A stretch of 27,929 bases of DNA, taken from assembly GCA_030141605.1 (NCBI GenBank), contig JAQGDQ010001724.1, forward strand, positions 1 to 27,929. Direction: 5' to 3'. The notes beneath the pieces are model-generated. The model had not been told where the DNA came from. It saw only the letters and a program-made list of their open reading frames with translations, and did no database searches. This DNA comes from Tubiluchus corallicola (lineage: Eukaryota; Animalia; Priapulida). Shown one piece after another: positions 1 through 10,850 of the stretch (the stretch's first letter is position 1; every line of letters begins with the position of its first letter). The translations under genes were made by a program, and so were the position numbers.

Positions 1-787
1 CTTAGTTTACAGTAAAGGTTACTTCACATAAATAGCAAATTAGTTTGCAGTAAAGGTTAGTTCACATACATAGTAAGTTAATTTACAGCAAAGGTTAGTT
101 CACATACACACTAACTTAGTTTAAAGTAAAGGTTAGTTCACATACTTAGTAAGTTAATTTACAGCAAAGGTTAGTTCACATACACATTAACTTAGTTTAA
201 AGTAAAGGTTAGTTCACACACTTAGTAAGTTAGTTTACAGCAAAGGTTAGTTCACATACACACTTACTTAGTTTAAAGTAAAGGTTAGTTCACATACTTG
301 GTAAGTTAATTTACAGTAAAGGTTAGTTCACATACATAGCAAATTAGTTTGCAGTAAAGGTTAGTTCACATACGTAGTAACTTAGTTTACAGTAAAGGTT
401 AGTTCACATACATAGAAAATTTGTTTGCAGTAAAAGTTAGTTCACATACATAGTAAGTTAATTTACAGCAAAGGTTAGTTCATATATGTGGTAACTTAAT
501 TTACAGTAAAGGTTAGTTCACATATGTGGTAACTTAATTTACAGCAAAGGTTAGTTCACATACGTAGTAACTTAATTTACAGCAAAGGTTAGTTCACATA
601 TGTGGTAACTTAATTTACAGAAAAGGTTAGTTCACATAAACAAACAGTAAAGGTTAGTTCACATACATAGCAAATTAGTTTGCAGTAAAGGTTAGTTCAC
701 ATACATAGTAAGTTAATTTACAGCAAAGGTTAGTTCACATATGTGGTAACTTAATTTACAGTAAAGGTTAGTTCACATACGTGGTAA
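1..787. repeat. ~38-bp tandem minisatellite (~20 copies, cut by window edge) that starts at the NCKAP1 exon end and donor site
   Basis: Unit approx. GTAACTTAATTTACAGYAAAGGTTAGTTCACATAYRTR repeated from base 1. On the minus strand the first copy is TTACCAC|GTATGTGAACTAACC..., i.e. the last 7 exon bases plus the donor. Confidence 0.95.
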
Positions 788-917
788 GTTGCTCTCGAGT
801 TTTCCTATAACTTTCCATTCCTGGTTTCTCCTGCTGATTTACAAGACGGTTTTTCTTATCTTTTTTCTTCCTGTTCACCACCTGGGCAATCTGTTGTGCA
901 CAATTCTTCGGCAAGAG
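781..917 (-). CDS. NCKAP1: NCKAP1/Nap1/Hem internal exon (LLPKNCAQQIAQVVNRKKKDKKNRLVNQQEKPGMESYRKTREQLT+AC)
   Basis: Acceptor ttctcacag|CTC, donor AC|gtatgt; 137 nt, phase 0 to 2. Peptide matches the recalled Nap1 motif LLPKHCA...EKPGxESxRKxR. Confidence 0.92.
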
Positions 918-1028
918 CTGTGAGAACAATGAAAATGATGAAAACCTGCACAATGCTTACATTCCATGGCAACAACTACATAAATATCAACAAATGAACA
1001 TCATCAATTGACGCAGACATGAATAACA

Positions 1029-1808
1029 ATGATCACTCATTAAACAATGTAAATACTTTACCTGATCACTCATTAAACAATGTAAATACTTTACCTGATC
1101 ACTCATTAAACAATGTAAATAGTTTACCTGATCACTCATTAAAAAATGTAAATACTTTACCTGATCACTCATTAAACAATGTAAATACTTTACCTGATCA
1201 CTCATTAAACAATGTAAATACTTTACCTGATCACTCATTAAACAATGTAAATACTTTACCTGATCACTCATTAAACAATGTAAATAGTTTAGCTGATCAC
1301 TCATTAAACAATGTAAATACTTTACCTGATCACTCATTAAACAATGTAAATAGTTTACCTGATCACTCATTAAACAATATAAATAGTTTACCTGATCACT
1401 CATTAAACAATGTAAATACTTTACCTGATCACTCATTAAACAATGTAAATACTTTACCTGATCGCTCATTAAACAATGTAAATACTTTACCTGATCGCTC
1501 ATTAAACAATGTAAATAGTTTACCTGATCACTCATTAGACAATGTAAATACTTTACCTGATCACTCATTAAACAATGTAAATAGTTTACCTGATCACTCA
1601 TTAAACAATGTAAATAGTTTACCTGATCACTCATTAGACAATGTAAATACTTTACCTGATCACTCATTAAACAATGTAAATAGTTTACCTGATCACTCAT
1701 TAGACAATGTAAATACTTTACCTGATCACTCATTAGACAATGTAAATACTTTACCTGATCGCTCATTAAACAATGTAAATACTTTACCTGATCACTCATT
1801 AAACAATG
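1029..1808. repeat. 33-bp tandem array (~23.6 copies) made of the last 21 nt of an exon plus the first 12 nt of its intron
   Basis: Minus-strand unit CATTGTTTAATGAGTGATCAG|GTAAAGTATTTA; ORF track 987..1913 shows 23 repeats of V[KN]YLHCLMSDQ after the exon peptide. Confidence 0.97.
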
Positions 1809-1907
1809 CTCATCACAGATATTAGTTATAATGCTCTTTGCCTCCTTGGCCATTTCATCAAGAAACATGTTAACAATGGATAGACTTCTGTCACCCATAT
1901 GATTACG
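1788..1907 (-). CDS. NCKAP1: NCKAP1 internal exon ([40 protein letters not shown])
   Basis: Acceptor tttattgcag|CGT, donor CAG|gtaaag; 120 nt, phase 0-0. Matches the recalled Nap1 motif [17 protein letters not shown]. Confidence 0.95.
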
Positions 1908-1929
1908 CTGCAATAAAGAAATAATAAAT

Positions 1930-2110
1930 AATCTTTATTTATTTAAAGTCGGCTTTTGGATGAACGATTAACGTTAGTTCAGAGAGCTTTTATCACCGAC
2001 CGTAAATAACAATGTACAACTACATAACAGAGACTATTATTACCCCACTTTTACCCTAAATACCGCGTGCCACACAGGGCAACAGCAGACACCATTTATA
2101 AAATTTTTCC
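1930..2110. mobile_element. possible degenerate SINE-like repeat fragment
   Basis: TTTATTTATTTA run followed by ...GTGCCACACAGGGCAACAGCAGACACCATTT..., which resembles invertebrate SINE bodies by recollection only. Confidence 0.25.
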
Positions 2111-2295
2111 ATTCAAGGACAGCACCATTCAAACTAGCTCTTATAAGACCAATGACTTTTCTGCTACTGTATGAACACTGACATAACTAAACGATTACAA
2201 ATTAGATGCCGTTCTATTCAGCAGAATATCAGTTATCCGATCAAGCTACATGTTTTAAACATTTATTAGTGAATTTAATTGGATAAAATTGAAAA

Positions 2296-3085
2296 AATAC
2301 ATCACAGATTAATACACTATCACAAGAACACATCACAGATGAATAAACTATGACAAGAATACATCACAGATTAACACACTATCACAAGAACACATCACAG
2401 ATTAATACACTATCACACAAATACATCACAGATTAATATACTATCACAAGAACACATCACAGATGAATAAACTATGACAAGAACACATCACAGATTAATA
2501 CGCTATCACAAGAATACATCACAGATGAATAAACTATCACCAGAACACTCACAGATTAATACACTATAACACAAATACATCACAGATTTATACACTATCG
2601 CAAAAATACATCAGAGATTAATACACTATCACAATAATACATCACAGATTAATACACTATCACACAAATACATCACACATTAATATACTATCACAAGAAT
2701 ACATCACAGATTAACTATCACAAGAATACATCACAGATTAATACACTATCACAAGAATACATCACAGATGAATACACTATCACAAGAATACATCACAGAT
2801 GAATACACTATCACAAGAATACATCACAGATGAATACACTATCACAAGAATACATCACAGATTAACACACTATCACAAGAATACATCACAGATTAATACA
2901 CTATCACAAGAATACATCACAGATTAACACACTATCACAAGAATACATCACAGATTAACACACTATCACAAGAATACATCACAGATTAATACACTATCAC
3001 AAGAATACATCACAGATGAATACACTATCACAAAAATACATCACAGATTAATACACTATCACAAGAATACATTACAGATTAATAC
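2296..3085. repeat. 31-bp tandem minisatellite (~25 copies), intronic
   Basis: Unit AATACATCACAGATTAATACACTATCACAAG, itself two related ~15/16-bp halves; ends ~28 nt from the donor at 3113. Confidence 0.95.
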
Positions 3086-3113
3086 CCAATAATCAAGTTT
3101 GCAGTAGACTCAC

Positions 3114-3246
3114 CTCCTCCGGACAAAGTTCATGAGTGCAGTTCATGAAGTGGGTACAGATTAATGGAAATGAAATTGTGTAACGCATCTGAGGTGGAAA
3201 CTCAATGCACATCTGAAACTGCTGCTCAAACAGTTTACTATAGAAA
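3114..3246 (-). CDS. NCKAP1: NCKAP1 internal exon (T+[44 protein letters not shown])
   Basis: Read manually; not in the ORF track. Acceptor cattacag|T, donor GAG|gtgagt; 133 nt, phase 2 to 0, completing TG+T=Cys from the previous exon. Contains the Nap1 motif THELCPEE. Confidence 0.95.
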
Positions 3247-3286
3247 CTGTAATGTAATAAATATCATGTTTAACATTTTACTTCAC

Positions 3287-6200
3287 GATATTAACAGAAA
3301 TATGGTATTTAATGTATGTGTGTTTGCAGACTTAAACCATCTATGAGTCGGCAGAGTTAAAACTACATTATGATATTAACAGAAATATGGTATTTAATGT
3401 ATGTGTGTTTGCAGACTTAAACTGTCTATGAGTTGGCAGAGTTAAAACTACATTATGATATTAACAGAACTATGGTATTTAATGTATGTGTGTTTGCAGA
3501 CTTAAACTGTCTATGAGTCGGCATAGTTAAAACTACATTATGATATTAACAGAAATATGGTATTTAATGTATGTGTGTTTGCAGACTTAAACCGTCTATG
3601 AGTTGGCAGAGTTAAAACTACATTATGATATTAACAGAAATATGGTATTTAATGTATGTGTGTTTGCAGACTTAAACCGTCTATGAGTTGGCAGAGTTAA
3701 AACTACATTATGATATTAACAGAAATATGGTATTTAATGTATGTGTGTTTGCAGACTTAAACTGTCTATGAGTTGGCAGAGTTAAAACTACATTATGATA
3801 TTAACAGAACTATGGTATTTAATGTATGTGTGTTTGCAGACTTAAACTGTCTATGAGTCGGCATAGTTAAAACTACATTATGATATTAACAGAAATATGG
3901 TATTTAATGTATGTGTGTTTGCAGACTTAAACCTGTCTATGAGTCGGCAGAGTTAAAACTACATTATGATATTAACAGAACTATGGTATTTAATGCATGT
4001 GTGTTTGCAGACTTAAACTGTCTATGAGTCGGCAGAGTTAAAACTACATTATGATATTAACAGAAATATGGTATTTAATGCATGTGCGTTTGCAGACTTA
4101 AACTGTCTATGAGTCGGCAGAGTTAAAACTACATTATGATATTAACAGAAATATGGTATTTAATGCATGTGTGTTTGCAGACTTAAACTGTCTATGAGTC
4201 GGCAGAGTTAAAACTACATTATGATATTAACAGAAATATGGTATTTAATGTATGTGTGTTTGCAGACTTAAACCTGTCTATGAGTCGGCAGAGTTAAAAC
4301 TACATTATGATATTAACAGAACTATGGTATTTAATGTATGTGTGCTTGCAGACTTAAACCTGTCTATGAGTCGGCAGAGTTAAAACTACATTATGATATT
4401 AACAGAACTATGGTATTTAATGTATGTATGTTTGCAGATTTAAACTGTCTATGAGTCGGCATAGTTAAAACTACATTATGATATTAACAGAAATATGGTA
4501 TTTAATGTATGTATGTTTGCAGATTTAAACTGTCTATGAGTCGGCATAGTTAAAACTACATTATGATATTAACAGAAATATGGTATTTAATGTATGTGTG
4601 TTTGCAGACTTAAACTGTCTATGAGTCGGCAGAGTTAAAACTACATTATGATATTAACAGAAATATGGTATTTAATGTATGTGTGTTTGCAGACTTAAAC
4701 TGTCTATGAGTTGGCAGAGTTAAAACTACATTATGATATTAACAGAAATATGGTATTTAATGTATGTGTGTTTGCAGATTTAAACTGTCTATGAGTCGGC
4801 ATAGTTAAAACTACATTATGATATTAACAGAAATATGTATTTAATGCATGTGTGCTTGCAAACTTAAACTGTCTATGAGTCGGCAGAGTTAAAACTACAT
4901 TATGATATTAACAGAAATATGGTATTTAATGTATGTGTGCTTGCAGATTTAAACCGTCTATGAGTCGGCAGAGTTAAAACTACATTATGATATTAACAGA
5001 AATATGGTATTTAATGTATGTGTGTTTGCAGACTTAAACTGTCTATGAGTCGGCAGAGTTAAAACTACATTATGATATTAACAGAAATATGGTATTTAAT
5101 GTATGTGTGCTTGCAAACTTAAACTGTCTATGAGTCGGCAGAGTTAAAACTACATTATGATATTAACAGAAATATGGTATTTAATGTATGTGTGTTTGCA
5201 GACTTAAACTGTCTATGAGTTGGCAGAATTAAAACTACATTATGATATTAACAAAAATATGGTATTTAATGCATGTGTGCTTGCAGACTTAAACTGTCTA
5301 TAAGTTGGCAGAATTAAAACTACATTATGATATTAACAGAAATATGGTATTTAATGTATGTGTGTTTGCAGACTTAAACTGTCTATGAGTTGGCAGAATT
5401 AAAACTACATTATGATATTAACAGAAATATGGTATTTAATGCATGTGTGCTTGCAGACTTAAACTGTCTATAAGTCGGCAGAGTTAAAACTATATTATGA
5501 TATTAACAGAAATATGGTATTTAATGCATGTGTGCTTGCAGACTTAAACTGTCTATGAGTCGGCAGAGTTAAAACTACATTATGATATTAACAGAAATAT
5601 GGTATTTAATGTATGTGCTTGCAGACTTAAACTGTCTATGAGTTGGCAGAATTAAAACTACATTATGATATTAACAGAAATATGGTATTTAATGTATGTG
5701 TGCTTGCAGACCTAAACTGTCTATGAGTTGGCAGAATTAAAACTACATTATGATATTAACAGAAATATGGTATTTAATGCATGTGTGCTTGCAGACTTAA
5801 ACTGTCTATAAGTCGGCAGAGTTAAAACTATATTATGATATTAACAGAAATATGGTATTTAATGCATGTGTGCTTGCAGACTTAAACTGTCTATGAGTCG
5901 GCAGAGTTAAAACTACATTATGATATTAACAGAAATATGGTATTTAATGTATGTGCTTGCAGACTTAAACTGTCTATGAGTCGGCAGAGTTAAAACTACA
6001 TTATGATATTAACAGAAATATGGTATTTAATGCATGTGTGCTTGCAGACCTAAACTGTCTATGAGTTGGCAGAATTAAAACTACATTATGATATTAACAG
6101 AAATATGGTATTTAATGCATGTGTGCTTGCAGACTTAAACTGTCTATGAGTTGGCAGAATTAAAACTACATTATGATATTAACAGAAATATGGTATTTAA

Positions 6201-6430
6201 TGCATGTGTGTTTGCAAACTTAAACCATCTATGAGTTGGCAGAGTTAAAACTACATTATGATATTAACAAAAATACGGTATTTAATGCATGTGTGCTTGC
6301 AGACTTAAACTGTCTATAAGTCGGCAGAGTTAAAACTATATTATGATATTAACAGAAATATGGTATTTAATGCATGTGTGCTTGCAAACCAAAACTGTCT
6401 ATGAGTCGGCAGAGTTAAACTATATTACGA
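3287..6430. repeat. 85-bp tandem satellite (~37 copies), intronic
   Basis: Unit GATATTAACAGAAATATGGTATTTAATGTATGTGTGTTTGCAGACTTAAACTGTCTATGAGTCGGCAGAGTTAAAACTACATTAT; period 85 (3287, 3372...); lies ~40 nt from the acceptor at 3247. Confidence 0.97.
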
Positions 6431-6442
6431 TGCTTCTAGTAG

Positions 6443-6482
6443 TTTGTATCAGAAGCATGATTCTTCATGCTTCTGATACAAA
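6443..6482. repeat. perfect 18-bp hairpin, 4-nt loop
   Basis: TTTGTATCAGAAGCATGA-TTCT-TCATGCTTCTGATACAAA. Confidence 0.85.
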
Positions 6483-6634
6483 GTAGAATGCACTAAAAAT
6501 TTGGTCGAATGGCTGTTTTTTGTTTTTTTTTTACTAATGAAATATTGTACTTTTATATTCTATCATCAAATTATCAAGAAAATGTTTAAAAATACTGAAA
6601 ATCTAATTTTATAATCCTGTATGCACTTTTCTGG

Positions 6635-7796
6635 TTAGAAACTAGAACTGCAATTGTAAAAAACTTGTATTTTCAAACTCTGGCTTGTGGAAGCAGTCAT
6701 TTTGCTTCGGGTTTATTCTTTTGCTAAGCACAGATCTTTGTGAGGAAGAGCCATCTACTGGATTTAAGCATAAGTTCAACGTGCTCTTGCAAAGTGCATA
6801 GCAACCAACATTCGTACGGTTGCTAAGTCTTTTGTACAGACACGACAAAAAACAATGGCTGACTTTAACAGTGATTTTCTCAAGGTTATGTTTTTTAGTG
6901 TGCAGCCTGCACCTCAACTTCAATGTGGATTATCTCAGCTTAGAAATAACACAGAGTGATGAACTTGGTATCAAAATGATCCTCAGGAAGCGGAGATTCA
7001 GGACATGTGAATAACTAGAAAAACTTAATTGCCAACTTATCGAGCTTTTTACCATGCAAGCACACATATAGCGTATTCACAAAATTTCAAGATTTATTTA
7101 TCTAGATTCTAGCCAATGTATGAACATTCAAACAATTACAAGTTGTGTAGCAATTAAATGTAACTTAATTACAATGACATGTATTTACGGCTGATTGGAC
7201 TTGAAGATGGTAATACAGCCGGTTAAAGTTCACCTGGAGAAAAATGGAAAAGAGTTGCAGCTGAAAAAAGGTAAGGGAAGGAAGACATAGACAAAGTTGT
7301 GTCAACGTACAAAATCTAACCCTAACTGAAAAATTGCTTTTTATTCATTATATGTGTGCTTGCATAGCAGAATCGTCCATAAGATGGTAATTAAGCTTTT
7401 CTAGCAATTCACACACACACACACTGAATCTCCACTTCATGTGGATCATTTTGATACCAAGCTCATCGCTCTATGTTATTTCTAAGCTGAGATAAACCAT
7501 GTTGAAGTTGAGGTGCAGGCTGTGCACTGAAAAACATAATCTTGAGAAAATGGCTGTTAAAGTCAGCCATTGTTTTTTGTCGTGTCTCTACAAAACATTT
7601 AGCAACCGCACAGATGTTGATTGCTACGGACTTTGCAAGAACACATTGAAGTTATGTTTAAATCCAGTAGATGGCTCTTCCTCACGAAGATCTGGGCTTG
7701 GCAACAGAAAAAACCCGAAGCAAAATGACAGCTTCCAGGAGTTATTGTCGGAGTTTGAATATACAAGTTTTTAACAATTGCAGTAATAGTTTCTAA
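6635..7796. repeat. diverged long inverted repeat (arms ~6635-7070 and ~7349-7796); fold-back element or two opposed copies of a dispersed repeat
   Basis: The arms are reverse complements, e.g. ATGCAAGCACACATATA / TATATGTGTGCTTGCAT and GAGCCATCTACTGGATTTAA / TTAAATCCAGTAGATGGCTC. ORFs 6642..6923(-) and 7499..7774(+) translate to similar peptides. Confidence 0.85.
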
Positions 7797-8254
7797 AGAG
7801 CCATATATCTCCTTCCGAGAATCCCACCAGGCGCCGCTATAACGTTTTTTCTGCAGGCTGTTTGGTCAAATTTTCGAAAAAATCGCGAGTTGGGTCCGAG
7901 AAAATACTCGTTACGGGACGCCGTGGCCCTCTCACGAATTCTAAATACGCATACCGCACCCACCGCTGAACGGGTTATCTATTCATAGCCAGCACCACCC
8001 ATGGCCCGTTCTCGTTCTCCAGATCTCAGACGTATAACTTTTGCAAAAAACGGCCGAAAATGGCCATTTTTGGAGGTTTTTCGCCCCCCATTCGTCCCGG
8101 TGGGCCCGATTCGAAAAATAAACCCCCAATGGCACGACACTAAATCGAGACCTTTCGTTTGATGTACAGATCGTCGCAAATGGTGCCGTCGTCGAAGCTG
8201 TAGCCTCGAATATAAGATTCGAGGCTACAGCTTCGACGACGGCATATATATATA
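7797..8254. mobile_element. CpG-rich non-coding insertion ending in a perfect 28-bp hairpin and a (TA)n run; probable non-autonomous transposon
   Basis: Abrupt rise in GC/CpG relative to the flanks; hairpin at 8184-8244, then TATATATATA. Family not assignable from sequence alone. Confidence 0.45.
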
Positions 8255-8307
8255 TTAAGCCTATAGCAGTAGAATTAATATATACGATAAAAAACAAGGT
8301 TACAAAC

Positions 8308-8453
8308 CAAAATAAGGACAAGTCAGATGTTTCTTGTAACATCTCATCCAGAGCATCAACCATTTTACTATGAAATGCAATCGTGTTCATCTGTTTAGCA
8401 AATTCCTTGTTGTCCTCCAGCATCATGGATGATTTTCCTACACTTGTGTAAGC
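8308..8453 (-). CDS. NCKAP1: NCKAP1 internal exon ([48 protein letters not shown]+TG)
   Basis: Acceptor ttttctag|GCT, donor TG|gtttgt; 146 nt, phase 0 to 2. Matches recalled Nap1 AYTSV...MNTIxFHxKMVD...ETSDLS. Confidence 0.93.
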
Positions 8454-8483
8454 CTAGAAAAATAATTATTACCATTCATAATA

Positions 8484-9014
8484 AGGCTGAGAGGGTTAAC
8501 CGTTTAAATGTTTAACCGACTGTTAACTGGCGTAAGGGTTCAGAAAACCACTAACCGTTTAAACGTTACTTAGCCAAGTTTTCTACCTATCCGCTGAGAT
8601 AGTTAACAGTTTAAACGTTTAACCATCCGCTAACTGATTTAAGTTTAGAAAATCACTAAAGTTTAACAGTTACTTAGTCAAGTTTTCTACGTATTCATAT
8701 TAATGAAACCTTGTATCTTTTCTGAGTTGGCGCATGCAGTTAGCAATGTCCCGCTTACGTAAAATTGTACTATTTACAACATTGTTTCATTTAATCTGGT
8801 TGCCTAAGAAGCATCTAAATGGTAAATTGTAAAAAGTTTTTCACTCGCGTATATTACGAGGATGCCGCCATGTTGGCGCATGCTAGATTTGAACCCCACC
8901 TCTTACTCGTGCAAGGAATGAATGAATGAATATATGATGTCATCGGGAACGGATAACCAACTGCAATTAATAACATTTAAACGGTTTGTTAAAAAGCCTA
9001 ATTGCCTCAGCCCT
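8484..9014. mobile_element. MITE-like element with imperfect terminal inverted repeats and an internal ~107-bp degenerate duplication
   Basis: Left AGGCTGAG...AACCGTTTAAATGTT and right AACATTTAAACGGTT...CTCAGCCCT are inverted. 8486-8592 and 8593-8697 are similar direct copies. No clear TSD. Confidence 0.4.
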
Positions 9015-9667
9015 GATCCTAACCGGTCAGTGAGAAAGATTTACAACATTCAGCTTTGTGACACTTTTGCATGATATAAAATATCATCATTGATCAAGCA
9101 ATAATTCATCAAAAATGCATAAACAAACATTTAAAGTTATCATAAATCAAAATCAATAATCAAACAAATTAATTGTAGTACTAAAACAAATTAGCATAGT
9201 ACATTACAATTATTAACCTAGTTGGGAAATGAAAATGAAATATTTGGTCAGCCGAAGTGTTGAACCTACAAAATAAAACTTTTGTGTTACACAACTGTAT
9301 TGTTTAGGAAACAATTTGATGATATACTTTTTGTTATGCAGTTGTGCCATAATGAATGTTTTTTTAACACTTAGACTTAACAGAAACTTGTAGTATCTTA
9401 GGGAGGTGCTGCCATCTTTTGGCTGTAAAATCAAACATATTCAAACAAAATGATCTATACAGTATTGTGATGCAACAAAATCACTGACATCACCAGGTTG
9501 GAGATATATTACTAAACAAACTCTGTACTTTGTTAATCCCTCATAATATTAGAATTTATAATCTGTCAACAAATGAACTCGTTTTATCAGCTTCTTCATG
9601 GCAATTAACGTTCAGCCAGATAAAGAATTTTTTTATCGGGTTCACATGACAGTGGGCTTATACAAGA

Positions 9668-10446
9668 TAATGTCTAATTCTTGCACTGATTATCTTCTGC
9701 TCTCGTGGCTATGCCGCTAGGTAATTGGCCATTGGCCCCTTGCACTGGGCCAATGATATTGCTTCCCCCTTTCCTATATAAGCACTTGCAGTGTTAGCAG
9801 GATTAGAAAGCCGATTCTGTCTGATTAAATTGTGGTGTGTCTCCTTACACTTAGAAAAAATTTAGTCATTATCAACAGTCAATTTTTAATTTTAATTAAA
9901 TTATAGCTTTAAGTTAAATGCCAGTTGGGAATAAATACATCGTTTTTCTTGCACGCAAAATACTGGTGTGGGAATTCAAAATTATATGTTTTTAAACAGT
10001 TAAGTTCCGCCATTATATATATAGTCGGGCCCCCCTAATTTTTTTTGGTGCATGACGCCCCTGGGCTCAGAATGTGACCATAGTGTGGCCGATACTCACA
10101 ACCCTAAAAAAGCTTATTCTTGCTCAGAAGATATTTCAAGATATGCACTTTTTAATTTCTTTTGGACTGCAACCAATTTACTATACTGTTTTCTGTCTTT
10201 CATGTAAATGAAATGAGAAGTTGATTTTGAGACAGAATTGAAGTAATTTATTGCATCTGAAACATGAAGCAGACACATTACATGTTTTGGAGACTACTTT
10301 GTTTACAGCTGAATGTAGTGTGTTTGCTGCTGTACAGTTGTTTTTGTTTCAAATTAATGTTTCAAAACTGGAATGATCCATAATGCAAGTCATTTTTCTG
10401 AATGATAACATTGGTTCTTGGGAGCCAGACTGTAGCTAATGTGTTT
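9668..10446 (+). repeat. left arm of a 779-bp inverted duplication (partner 12923-13701)
   Basis: Reverse complement of 12923-13701, same length, no mismatch seen by eye. Confidence 0.93.
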
Positions 10447-10545
10447 GTCTAATTAAATTCAGAAATTTATTAAATCATGGTAATCACTAATGAAGACTTG
10501 CCATGTGCAGTGACATTTTGTGAGGTAATTATCTGACTTTTCTAG

Positions 10546-10665
10546 AATTTTGAACTTTTGCCTTCAACAAGTTCTGAATCGCACGGCAAAGTTAAAGTGG
10601 TGGAAAGTGAAAAGAATACTGCAGTAGTGAGAATAACTGGAGATGGAAAAGAGAGTACTGTGAAG
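10546..10665 (+). CDS. VWA8: VWA8 coding exon 10, inverted relative to exons 1-9 (NFELLPSTSSESHGKVKVVESEKNTAVVRITGDGKESTVK)
   Basis: Acceptor gacttttctag|AAT, donor AAG|gtaatg; 120 nt, phase 0-0. Resembles recalled VWA8 RFELQ...VTIRIADKEVTIK, which follows the exon at 14093-14197. Confidence 0.8.
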
Positions 10666-10760
10666 GTAATGGGAACCTTGTCCATAACTGTTCGGCCTAG
10701 AAGGAGAAATTGCTTTCATTATCTTCACTTTTTGTTAATAAGATCGTTATCCCATTAGGT

Positions 10761-10850
10761 ATCATCTTCATTACCGTCATCATCATTATCTTGACCACTT
10801 TCATCTTTTCTATCATCAGTGTTATCATTATCAAACCATCATCATCATTC
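10761..10850. repeat. degenerate (CAT/TAT)n microsatellite
   Basis: atcatcttcattaccgtcatcatcattatc...catcatcatcattc. Confidence 0.6.

Noticed and set aside
1019-1825. 268-aa plus-strand ORF ([11 protein letters not shown])n as a gene
   Set aside because: Antisense reading of the 33-bp array; open only because the unit is a stop-free multiple of 3.
1-6430. CRISPR array interpretation of the 31-38 bp repeats
   Set aside because: Units are head-to-tail with no unique spacers, no cas genes are present, and the context is spliceosomal introns.
7207-7270. Plus-strand ATG...AAAG|GTAAGG mini-exon (MVIQPVKVHLEKNGKELQLKK)
   Set aside because: Good donor, but no recognisable homology and no partner exon; could be chance.
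6642-7774. Paired ORFs 6642..6923(-) and 7499..7774(+) as paralogous proteins
   Set aside because: They are translations of the two inverted-repeat arms, with no recognisable domain.
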